Assembly: GCA_045106415.1 (NCBI GenBank)
Contig: JBGCEP010000070.1
Coordinates: 1 to 50,519 of the forward strand
DNA from: Oligoflexales bacterium
GTDB taxonomy: Bacteria; Bdellovibrionota_B; Oligoflexia; Oligoflexales; Bog-1112
DNA length: 50,519 nt
Reading direction: 5' to 3'
The notes beneath the pieces were generated by a model. It searched no databases and had not been told where the DNA came from. It saw only the letters and a program-made list of their open reading frames with translations. Shown here piece after piece: positions 9,670 to 18,506 of this stretch. The position numbers were made by a program, and so were the translations under genes. Position 1 is the first letter of the stretch. Each line of letters opens with the position of its first letter.

Positions 9670-10435
9670 ACAACAAAGCTATATTCAGACTTCTGTGAAA
9701 AAGTCTGACCCATTTTCTTTCTTTCTAGGTACAGGACTTATTTTCTATCTGATTTATTCCATAGTAGGTTCTGTCAGCTTAGATTTTTTTTGGGATCTTA
9801 AAAGTTTTGTCATCGTTTTTGGTGGTACTCTTGGTAGCTTAATTATGCAATATGATTTTTCTTCTTTCTGGCAAGTCTTCGTCGATATTAAAAATTCTTT
9901 TTATAATAAAACAGAACAATCTATGAAAAATTCTTTACAAGATCTTGATAAAGCAATTTTAGAAGGTTTGGATATTTTTGAATTAAGAGAAGGAAATGAA
10001 ATAAATGGAGATCTTTTAAATGATTCTATTTATATGATTAAGCAAAACCTAAATTACGAGGAGATCACAGAATTTATATCTGTTAAAATTGAAAATATTT
10101 ATTCAAAAAGAAACCATAGCGTTATCGTTTTGCAAAGAGCAAGTATTCTCGCACCTTCTTTAGGTCTTTTTGGTACAGTGATTGGCCTAGTTTCTCTTTT
10201 AAAATCCTTAAGTGATCCTAGCCTCATTGGTCCTGCAATGTCACTTGCTCTTTTAACAACTGCTTATGGTTCTGGTCTGTCTTCACTCATTATAAGCCCT
10301 CTTGCAGGTCGAGTTGAGCATAGTAATCGTAAATTTTTAGATCTTCACCACCAATTCATGAGTAAGATATCAATCCTTATCAAAAGGTATGAAAAATTAA
10401 TGAATGAAGATCAACAAGGAAAGCTTTCGTTATGA
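9644..10435 (+). CDS. MotA/PomA-like (MotA/TolQ/ExbB) ion-channel stator subunit
   Basis: FVIVFGGTLG; APSLGLFGTVIGLV...LSDPSLIGPAMSLALLTTAYG; four hydrophobic segments. Start could be 9644 or 9656. Confidence 0.9.
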   Translation: MTLNMQEFKQQSYIQTSVKKSDPFSFFLGTGLIFYLIYSIVGSVSLDFFWDLKSFVIVFGGTLGSLIMQYDFSSFWQVFVDIKNSFYNKTEQSMKNSLQDLDKAILEGLDIFELREGNEINGDLLNDSIYMIKQNLNYEEITEFISVKIENIYSKRNHSVIVLQRASILAPSLGLFGTVIGLVSLLKSLSDPSLIGPAMSLALLTTAYGSGLSSLIISPLAGRVEHSNRKFLDLHHQFMSKISILIKRYEKLMNEDQQGKLSL

Positions 10436-11076
10436 AAGAACACCATAAGCCACAAGATCAATATGCTATGAATAATACCACAGCATTTTATATGAGTTTT
10501 GGTGATCTGATGGTCATTCTTTGTTGTTTTTTTGTTCTCATCCACAGTGTTAGTAAAGTTGAAATAGGCTCTTTTGAGAGAATACGGACTCAATTCACAG
10601 GAACCTCTAAAGGAAGCCTTGTTGAACTTTCAGAGGATTTGCAAAAAATAATCAAATTAAGCAAGATGGAAGACATTCAAGTCAGTTACGACTCCGATGG
10701 AGTGCGACTTAATATGGAAACAACTTCTTTATTTGAAGTAAGCTCTGCCATTGTAAAAAAAGAAGCACTTCAACCTTTGGAAAAAATCCTGCTCAAAGTT
10801 AGAGAAACTCCCTATACACTTGATATTGAAGGTCACACTGATGACCAAGGACTCTATAGAGTAAGAGACGATCTCCTTGAAACAAATTGGTCATTAAGTG
10901 GCTTAAGAGCAAGTTCTGTCTTACATCACCTTATCGCCCTTGGTTTTAAAGAAACAAGAATGCGAATAGTTGGGTATGCTTCCAATAGACCTAAAATTGG
11001 AATATCAGGGAAACAAGGATTAGAGCTCTCACAAGCACGGGCTGCAAACCGCAGAGTTTCAATTTTGATCCATTAA
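10432..11076 (+). CDS. MotB-like protein with OmpA peptidoglycan-binding domain
   Basis: TM helix FYMSFGDLMVILCCFFVLI with the conserved ion-binding Asp; IEGHTD, NWSLSGLRA, NRRVSI. ATGA overlap with the motA-like stop. Confidence 0.9.
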   Translation: MKEHHKPQDQYAMNNTTAFYMSFGDLMVILCCFFVLIHSVSKVEIGSFERIRTQFTGTSKGSLVELSEDLQKIIKLSKMEDIQVSYDSDGVRLNMETTSLFEVSSAIVKKEALQPLEKILLKVRETPYTLDIEGHTDDQGLYRVRDDLLETNWSLSGLRASSVLHHLIALGFKETRMRIVGYASNRPKIGISGKQGLELSQARAANRRVSILIH

Positions 11077-11090
11077 AATTGCGAGGAAAT

Positions 11091-14000
11091 ATGTCCATCT
11101 GGAACAAAAAAAATAAAGCATCAATAAAAATTAATAAAGATTTCCACCTTCAATTATCTAAAAACCATCATGACTCGGGTTTTTCGCTACTCTCTATTGA
11201 AAACATTTCAAAAAAAGAAAAAATATATATAGAAGAAGATATTATTCAAAAATTAGAAAATTTCTTAGATAGATCAAAAGATATTATTACAAATGGAAAG
11301 ATTTTTCACAATGGAAAAATATATTTATCGTGTTCGCAAGATAATGATGACAGTAATTTTTTTATTTTAAAAAATGAATACCACTCTAAATATGGATTTA
11401 TCAGTCTTCAACAGCAGATGATACCAGGTTTTATATCAGTGTTAAATGACCACCGCCTTAAAACCCATCACGACACACTTACAAAAATCATCAATTACCA
11501 TCGTCTTTTTCAATTTACTTTTGAAGATCAACAAGAAAGTATGAATAGCGACTTATCTATGAGAAGGAACATATTAAGTCATCTAACACAATATACACCA
11601 CGTATAAAACAACAAACTGGTAAAGAATTACTACAGAAATCGGTAGCACACATTCAAGATTATAAAAACACTTCAGAATTAAAGAACAATCAAACTCATA
11701 ATAAATTTCAGTCAAAACTTGGGGTGAGATCAGCAAATAGCCCATACGAGATCGACTACAATCATTTATTACAATCATCTTCTCATCCAGGTAAAAACCC
11801 TTTAAAAAAAGAAGAACATTTTGACCCTGAATCTTCTATTTCTTATTATCCCATACAATTAACTTCATCTACTATAAAACAATATCAACACAAACCTTAT
11901 GAGTGTGATATTTCTTCTGAAGAAATGAAAAACATCAAAAATCACTTTATTTCTCATAATAAATTTGATTTTTTTCTTGGTTTTGAAATGATGCAAGCAA
12001 TTTTCAAAAAAGACAAAAAACAAAAAAGCTTTGTTTTTCCATTGTATTATATGAAAGTTGAAATTAATCACATCGACAACACACTTCAAATAAAGCCCAT
12101 TGAGAACGGGCGTTATTATCTTAACTACATCGCAATCATTAATCTCATTGAGACTTTCAGTAGAAATCAAAGCAAAGATGATTTTGAATCTTTTTTCAAC
12201 GGTTTATTGCAACATCGATTTGAAGTTGATCAAAAAGAAAATCGTCTTAATCTTTCTCGCACATTACCTGTAAAAGAAGAGTTTTTTAAGAAATATCGTG
12301 ATTATCTTCTTGGTGACATCGAAAAAGATGATCAAAAAGGAATTTTTTCAGATTTAAAAATTGCTGGTGTCGAGTGTGATGTTGAAGATGTTTATTTATA
12401 CCGAACTCAAAATCACCTTAGTATTGCATCTCAATGCTTGAATTTAGATCTTGGTTTTATTGAAGAATTATCTGAAAAACAAAAAAACAAATTCAATTCT
12501 TCATTACTAGGAAAATTTTTAGATAAAAAATTAGCAAAGATAGAAAAAAATCAGGAAAAAAACTCTATAGCTTGGATGCCAGGAGCTCTTCCTCAGAGCA
12601 TGAAGAATTTAAATAAAAAAATAAAAGAACATGATCTTCTTGTTCTACAAGGTCCGCCTGGGACAGGGAAGACTCATACAATAAGAAATATTCTGATTGA
12701 TGCTCTTTGTCATGATAAAAAAATCATGATCGTGAGCGATCGAGGTTCGGCCATTGAGGCAGTTATGGACAAAATGGAATCTTACTTCTTACAGCATACT
12801 AACGATGAGTTTAATAAAAAAATTATACAGAATTTTTGGAGAAGATGTATCCCATGTATTCCAGAGTTATCTCAAGATCCATCACAACTTCGAACGTTTA
12901 TAAAAACTATTGTTGATCAACTTTTTTTAAAAAACTCTGATACTTACGACCACATTGATTCGGACATTAAAAATCTTGACAAAGAATTCGAACAATTAGA
13001 ATTAAAACGGAAAAAGATGCGTGATGAACTTGATTTTATTCTCAAAAATCAAATAACTTCATCTCCTCATGATTTTATTGGAAGCGCAAATCGCAAAGGG
13101 CAACCAACCAATAAAGAAGATATCGATCAAATAATGATATTTAAAATATTCTTGGATAAAAAAATTAAAGATAAAGAAGAGGGATCGCAAGAATATCTAA
13201 AAGGGCAGGAAGTTCTTTCTAGTTTTATTCAGCGTCTTTGTGAAATCCAAAAAGGAATATTCCATGAATTTTATATCTTTTTCCATATTAATAAAGAAAA
13301 AGATCTTTTTTTATTAGAAAAATTTTGCGATACAATAGAACAAATAAAACCAGAAACATGTGATGATCTTATTGAATGCCTTGAAGACCTTGATAATACA
13401 TTTCTTACAAAATTATTTTCAAAAAAATTCAATCAAAAACAACCTCCTGACGCTGGGGTTTTTCAAACTATACCTTTAAAAATAAGGAGAAAGTTTAAAT
13501 ATCCTTTGTATGACTTCATTACTAAACTCCAACTTTACATTAAAGAACATAAACTCTTCCTAGATATTATTAGAAATGAAGATTCTTCAATATGGAATGA
13601 ATCTTTGAAAATTTATGATTTTTTTCACAAATCATCGAAAAGAGAATTGTTTCCGTTTTCTTTGGAGTTAATTTTTTATAAATCTGCTTTAAAAGAAAAA
13701 TTAAAATATAAAGAGCACAAATCCTACCAAAAAACTCCACACTATATTTTAAATGAATTAAAAATTTTACAAGATCGTAAAGATTCAATTATTCTAGAAA
13801 AATCAATACTTAAACTTCAACACATAGCAGATAAATTAGATCACACTTCAGAAAAAGATTCTCAACCCTTGAAATCAAAAATTCTCTATCTTTGTGATCA
13901 AATTTCTGAGAAAGAAAACCTATCTTTATGTATCCCTCTCTTACAAGACTTACAAAAACATCTCATACAAAGTTTTCCAGTATGGGTATGCCGCAAACAA

Positions 14001-15323
14001 GCTATTCCTTTTCTTATCCCATGCCAAAGTCAAGTTGTTGATCTTATTATCATAGATGAAGCTACTCAATGCAGAGTCGACGACAGCCTCCCTTTATTGA
14101 TGAGAGCTAAAAAAATTATGGTTGTCGGTGATGATAAACAGACCGTTCTCAATAAAAATTCGATAATCGATGATTATTTATTTAATGAACTTAATTTAAA
14201 AGAACACCTTGCTTCAACACAGTCAGCAAACCTAAAAGGTGGTGGTTCCCATATTTTTGGGCTTTTAAAAGATATTCAACAAGCAGAAATTTTACTAGAT
14301 GAACACTATCGATGTCCTCCTGATATTATTTCATACTCAAATGAATACGTGTATCACAATCAACTGAAAATTATGCAATGGGAAAAAGAAAGTCAACACG
14401 AGTCTGTTCATATTGATTACAGTGAAAAAGATTTCCCTCTAGGAAAAAGACAAGTCGCCGGTCCTTATAAGGGTTTAGACACGGGAATGATCGACCGATT
14501 TCTAGATTATGTGTGCAATGAAATTGAAAAAATAGAAAAACAAAAAGGTATAAAAGTCAACGTCGAAACCGATGTTGCACTTTGTTATTTTCTTCTTAAA
14601 AACAACTCTTATTTTGATGATATAAAATCAAAATTTTTAACTCGTCTAAATCGAGGTCACTCCATTCTTAGTGGTGCTGGCGCTGCACTCCAAGGAAAAG
14701 AACGAGATTATATCTTTTATTTTTGGGATTGTTATCGTGGAAATTTTGCTTCATTTAAACAAGGTGATGATGAAAACAAAAGAAAAGGTGAACTTAACGT
14801 TCTCATGAGCCGCCCCAAAAAAAAAGCTTATCACTTCTTACACCATAGCTTTCAAGATTTAGCACATAGTAAATCATCTATTACAGATTATCTATGGAGC
14901 CGATATCAAAAAAAATTTGATATCTCGGAGAAAAAAACATACCAGGTGCGCCAGCAACATCCTGGGGAATCTTATCCTCAGAATAGGGGAAGTGGACAAC
15001 TTATGCTCTCACTAATTCAACCGGCTTATAGTCAGCTCATAGCCCAAACATCATGCCAGTTCAGTAAACATGTTGGAAATCCAAGATACCAAGTTGACTT
15101 AATTTTAGAAAACAAAGACCCTCATAAAAAATCTTTATGTTTTAAAGACTTAAGCCAATTTTTATATCATGACACATCTGTTGATGAGGTTATAGATTAC
15201 TTTTTTCAGCTACAACGAGCACAGCCATCACTAAATCCCGTCTTTTGTTTTCTGCACCATTTTCTAGACACAGATGGCGACGTCGTTGCAGAAATCAAAG
15301 AATTTCTGAATGATTCACTATAA
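11091..15323 (+). CDS. Large SF1 (DNA2/NAM7/Upf1-like, AAA_11/AAA_12) helicase with possible degenerate C-terminal restriction-endonuclease-like domain
   Basis: ATG 11091 after GAGGA. Motifs QGPPGTGKT, IIDEATQ, VVGDDKQ, LDEHYRC, LQGKERD, LNVLMSRPK. Tail VGNPRYQVDLIL resembles Vsr/MTES-type YRIDL domains. Confidence 0.9.
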   Translation: MSIWNKKNKASIKINKDFHLQLSKNHHDSGFSLLSIENISKKEKIYIEEDIIQKLENFLDRSKDIITNGKIFHNGKIYLSCSQDNDDSNFFILKNEYHSKYGFISLQQQMIPGFISVLNDHRLKTHHDTLTKIINYHRLFQFTFEDQQESMNSDLSMRRNILSHLTQYTPRIKQQTGKELLQKSVAHIQDYKNTSELKNNQTHNKFQSKLGVRSANSPYEIDYNHLLQSSSHPGKNPLKKEEHFDPESSISYYPIQLTSSTIKQYQHKPYECDISSEEMKNIKNHFISHNKFDFFLGFEMMQAIFKKDKKQKSFVFPLYYMKVEINHIDNTLQIKPIENGRYYLNYIAIINLIETFSRNQSKDDFESFFNGLLQHRFEVDQKENRLNLSRTLPVKEEFFKKYRDYLLGDIEKDDQKGIFSDLKIAGVECDVEDVYLYRTQNHLSIASQCLNLDLGFIEELSEKQKNKFNSSLLGKFLDKKLAKIEKNQEKNSIAWMPGALPQSMKNLNKKIKEHDLLVLQGPPGTGKTHTIRNILIDALCHDKKIMIVSDRGSAIEAVMDKMESYFLQHTNDEFNKKIIQNFWRRCIPCIPELSQDPSQLRTFIKTIVDQLFLKNSDTYDHIDSDIKNLDKEFEQLELKRKKMRDELDFILKNQITSSPHDFIGSANRKGQPTNKEDIDQIMIFKIFLDKKIKDKEEGSQEYLKGQEVLSSFIQRLCEIQKGIFHEFYIFFHINKEKDLFLLEKFCDTIEQIKPETCDDLIECLEDLDNTFLTKLFSKKFNQKQPPDAGVFQTIPLKIRRKFKYPLYDFITKLQLYIKEHKLFLDIIRNEDSSIWNESLKIYDFFHKSSKRELFPFSLELIFYKSALKEKLKYKEHKSYQKTPHYILNELKILQDRKDSIILEKSILKLQHIADKLDHTSEKDSQPLKSKILYLCDQISEKENLSLCIPLLQDLQKHLIQSFPVWVCRKQAIPFLIPCQSQVVDLIIIDEATQCRVDDSLPLLMRAKKIMVVGDDKQTVLNKNSIIDDYLFNELNLKEHLASTQSANLKGGGSHIFGLLKDIQQAEILLDEHYRCPPDIISYSNEYVYHNQLKIMQWEKESQHESVHIDYSEKDFPLGKRQVAGPYKGLDTGMIDRFLDYVCNEIEKIEKQKGIKVNVETDVALCYFLLKNNSYFDDIKSKFLTRLNRGHSILSGAGAALQGKERDYIFYFWDCYRGNFASFKQGDDENKRKGELNVLMSRPKKKAYHFLHHSFQDLAHSKSSITDYLWSRYQKKFDISEKKTYQVRQQHPGESYPQNRGSGQLMLSLIQPAYSQLIAQTSCQFSKHVGNPRYQVDLILENKDPHKKSLCFKDLSQFLYHDTSVDEVIDYFFQLQRAQPSLNPVFCFLHHFLDTDGDVVAEIKEFLNDSL

Positions 15324-15401
15324 AAAACTATGTGGTTGTTTTTTATACATCATCACTATATGTTCTTGACGCAATAATTTTAAAAAACGTCCGGAGCCAC
15401 T

Positions 15402-16934
15402 ATGCTTAAAATCCTTATGATTTGCATCACATTATGCTTACCTTTTTTTTCCTCTGTATCTCACAGTCAAAATAACAATCCTCTTCATGTACTTATGATT
15501 GACGCCTGTTTCTTACCTGATCATTTTGAGCTTTTTAAGAATCAAAAAATAATTGTTGAGCTCATGACTTCTGCTAGTCCAGTTCTCCAGTATGTTCATT
15601 CCCCAAAACCTTGTGTTGAGCAATATGAAAACGCTGTCAAACCACATGGTGAAGTACTCAATGTACATTCTCATTTTTTCGGTGATTCTTTATCTCAATT
15701 AAACAAAATCAGACGCTACACGGATAAAATTATCAATAAACGGGGGGCCTTTGACCTTGTTATTTCAAACAACAGTGACTTAGCAACATATGTTGCTCAG
15801 GATTTAAGAGCTCATTTAAATATGCTCCCTCATTCTCGAAAATGGGACATTGAATCTAGTGATCGTTTTTATGATAAATACATTATGAAAAAAACTCTTA
15901 CAGCGAATGATAGCAGTATCTATACAGCTGCATTTATTGACTTATCGTCCCCTAGGGAAGAAATTGATGCTTTTTTAAAAGAAAATCATTTTCCTCATAA
16001 TTCTATTGTACTAAAAAAGAAAAGATCAGCAGGAGCAGTTGGAGTTGAGATCATCCATACACGCCGCGATTTTGAAAGAAAGTATAGGAAAATAAAAGAA
16101 CTTGATCATTATCTTATTGAGCGTTTTATTGACGGTAGTTCTTTTCGTTTCAACGGTTTTGTAACTAATGACACAATACCTATTGTTATCAGCGCATTAC
16201 ACAGAACGTCACCACTCGACCATTACCAAGGCGGGAAATCTCGTATTACAACAACACTTGATGAAGACTTGATTAAAAAAGAAAATGTCCAAGAATTTAC
16301 CACACGTGTTTTAAAAGCCTTAGGAATGAAATCTGGTACTTTTCACCTTGAAGGAATCCTTTCTAATATTGACAACAAAATGTACTTCGTAGAGATTGCT
16401 GCACGCCCTGGAGAAGGTAATGTTGAAGAAGTCTACAATACTACCTATGGATATGACCCTAAAAATACTTTTTTCTATCAGCAGACACCTGAAGGTTTTT
16501 ACACAAATGAAGAAGAAAAATTGATGGATTCTCGATTTTTTGAAAATACTCACGAATCTCAGGGCCAAGTTTTCGCAAACCTTGTCTACCCTTATTTAGA
16601 TGCAAATCGTTTTACATTCCAACATATCCAAACAAATCTTTCTCAAAATTTAAAGAATGGACACCCTGATTTTCCAACTTTTCAAGGATGTGTATTTGAA
16701 AAGTCGTTCGAGTCTTTAAATGAAGAAAAACTTGAAAACTCCGGTTTATCAATCATAAGATTAACGTTCCAAGCAGGTCTTAAAGCCGTTGCCTGTCGCT
16801 TTCAAGGGTCCAGGGAAGACGTTGATCATGATCTCAATCTTTTCCAGCAGCGATATTACTTCAAGGCTAAAAAGAATCACACTCTTATCAACTCTTTAGT
16901 TCCTCGCTCGCTCTTTAAGGCGGGAGGAGTTTAG
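15402..16934 (+). CDS. ATP-grasp domain protein with N-terminal signal peptide
   Basis: FYDKYIMK, IVLKKKRSAGAVGV, YLIERFIDG, GTFHLE, YFVEIAARPG. Signal MLKILMICITLCLPFFSSVSHS-Q. Confidence 0.8.
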   Translation: MLKILMICITLCLPFFSSVSHSQNNNPLHVLMIDACFLPDHFELFKNQKIIVELMTSASPVLQYVHSPKPCVEQYENAVKPHGEVLNVHSHFFGDSLSQLNKIRRYTDKIINKRGAFDLVISNNSDLATYVAQDLRAHLNMLPHSRKWDIESSDRFYDKYIMKKTLTANDSSIYTAAFIDLSSPREEIDAFLKENHFPHNSIVLKKKRSAGAVGVEIIHTRRDFERKYRKIKELDHYLIERFIDGSSFRFNGFVTNDTIPIVISALHRTSPLDHYQGGKSRITTTLDEDLIKKENVQEFTTRVLKALGMKSGTFHLEGILSNIDNKMYFVEIAARPGEGNVEEVYNTTYGYDPKNTFFYQQTPEGFYTNEEEKLMDSRFFENTHESQGQVFANLVYPYLDANRFTFQHIQTNLSQNLKNGHPDFPTFQGCVFEKSFESLNEEKLENSGLSIIRLTFQAGLKAVACRFQGSREDVDHDLNLFQQRYYFKAKKNHTLINSLVPRSLFKAGGV

Positions 16935-16952
16935 CTAAGATACCTTTTAAGA

Positions 16953-18284
16953 TTACTTTGCCCAATTTTGAGTTTCACTTTGGAACTCAAAATTTTGCAT
17001 AGGATCTCTTAAAAAAGAGCTTACAAGACCAGGAGCATTTTGATGTTTAAAAAATACACCATGGCCTACATTTAGTTTTACATTTTGCATATAATTCATA
17101 TTATTTTTTTCAATAAGATTTTCTGCTAATTCTGAATTTGTTCTCACATCATAATATCCTGATAAAAATAGAACAGGAACTCCAGGATTTACAATAGGTT
17201 TTGAGGTCATATCTACTTTACCATTTGAAAGAATTTCATTGCACACATCATCATCAATATAAGGTTTTTTAATCAGAGTTTCATTACAAACAACAGTGAA
17301 AAAAAGTAAATCGTTCTTATCACGAATTTTACTGAGATGTTCATATTCTGCATTTTCATCCTCTGCGAGAATTTTTTCAACATTGTTAAAAAATTGATCT
17401 TTGCTTTGATAAAAATCATATGAATCGAATATAGAAAATAGTTTTCCTCTCAAAACGGTCATTTTAAATTTTTTAAATTCTTCTCTTTTATGAAACTCAG
17501 ATAAGTGAGGATATGCTGCCGCACAATCCATATCTGAAAAACATAACCTTGACAAGCGCTTTGCCGCTATCCACAAAGCTTTTTGAGGAGGCCAATACTC
17601 AGCTTCATAAGGAACAACACTATCAAGTATCACTCCTTTTAAACCCGTAGAACGAGGATGTCGAAGAAGATGTTGACCAATTAAGGTTCCATAGGAAACA
17701 CCATAAAACCAGTAATATTGGATTCCTGTCATTTCCATAAGAGTCACAACATCACCAGCAAATTCTCGGCTATTAAATCCTCGCATATCAAATCGCTTTT
17801 TCCAAAAAGATACACATTTTTCATATGAAATATGAAGACAATCTAAAGGAACAGAAGAGTTTTTAGTTCCTCGATATTCGAAAGCAAATAAACCATGTTC
17901 ATTTACAATGTCACTAAAACGATCTCTGGTATGAAGGTATAAGCTAAGACTGCTACTTCCTGGCCCACCTTGACTCATCACAAAGGGCGCTGGAAGAACT
18001 TTGTTCTCTGGATAGCTTTTAGGAAAAAGATAAAAATATTTCAATTTTATTTTAGTAGAAGACCTATCTGTATAAATCTCTGGGACCTCAATTTCTCCAC
18101 ATATAAACTCCGGGGTTTTCGGGTCATCATCTTCAATGTCTGACCATGAAGATAAACTCTGGATAACCGAAACAGGGCATAAGACTTGGTGAATGAACAT
18201 TTTTTCTTCGTCAATAGAGCTTCTTCTCTTGAAGAACAAACAAGATGTGAATAGAAAACTCAATAAAATCAAATAAAATTTCAT
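16953..18284 (-). CDS. Alpha/beta hydrolase (TAP/tripeptidyl-aminopeptidase-like) lipoprotein
   Basis: CGEIEVPE, QGGPGSS, YRGT, YGVSYGT, VILDSV, DVRT, GHG. Lipobox LFTSC from ATG 18284 (GAGG RBS). Confidence 0.85.
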   Translation of the reverse strand: MKFYLILLSFLFTSCLFFKRRSSIDEEKMFIHQVLCPVSVIQSLSSWSDIEDDDPKTPEFICGEIEVPEIYTDRSSTKIKLKYFYLFPKSYPENKVLPAPFVMSQGGPGSSSLSLYLHTRDRFSDIVNEHGLFAFEYRGTKNSSVPLDCLHISYEKCVSFWKKRFDMRGFNSREFAGDVVTLMEMTGIQYYWFYGVSYGTLIGQHLLRHPRSTGLKGVILDSVVPYEAEYWPPQKALWIAAKRLSRLCFSDMDCAAAYPHLSEFHKREEFKKFKMTVLRGKLFSIFDSYDFYQSKDQFFNNVEKILAEDENAEYEHLSKIRDKNDLLFFTVVCNETLIKKPYIDDDVCNEILSNGKVDMTSKPIVNPGVPVLFLSGYYDVRTNSELAENLIEKNNMNYMQNVKLNVGHGVFFKHQNAPGLVSSFLRDPMQNFEFQSETQNWAK

Positions 18285-18506
18285 TTTAGGCCTCGTCATG
18301 CTCACATCTAACTATCGGTTCTTCAAACATTATTCATCAACGCATACAAGATACTAAGGTATATTCTGATCTGTTTTAAAAAACCTCTGATTTGATAATA
18401 GCTTGATTTTTATCTTTTTTTAGAGAGTGTAGAAAAAAAAATTTATTTATCCATCAAAATACCGATGAGATATCCTGGGTCTTAAGATCAACTTAGAGGG
18501 ATATTT

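Noticed and set aside
9644..11076. Calling the pair flagellar motA/motB or canonical zorA/zorB
   Set aside because: No flagellar context and the FliG-contact motif is missing. There is also no long ZorA tail and no ZorC/D/E, so no gene symbols were assigned.
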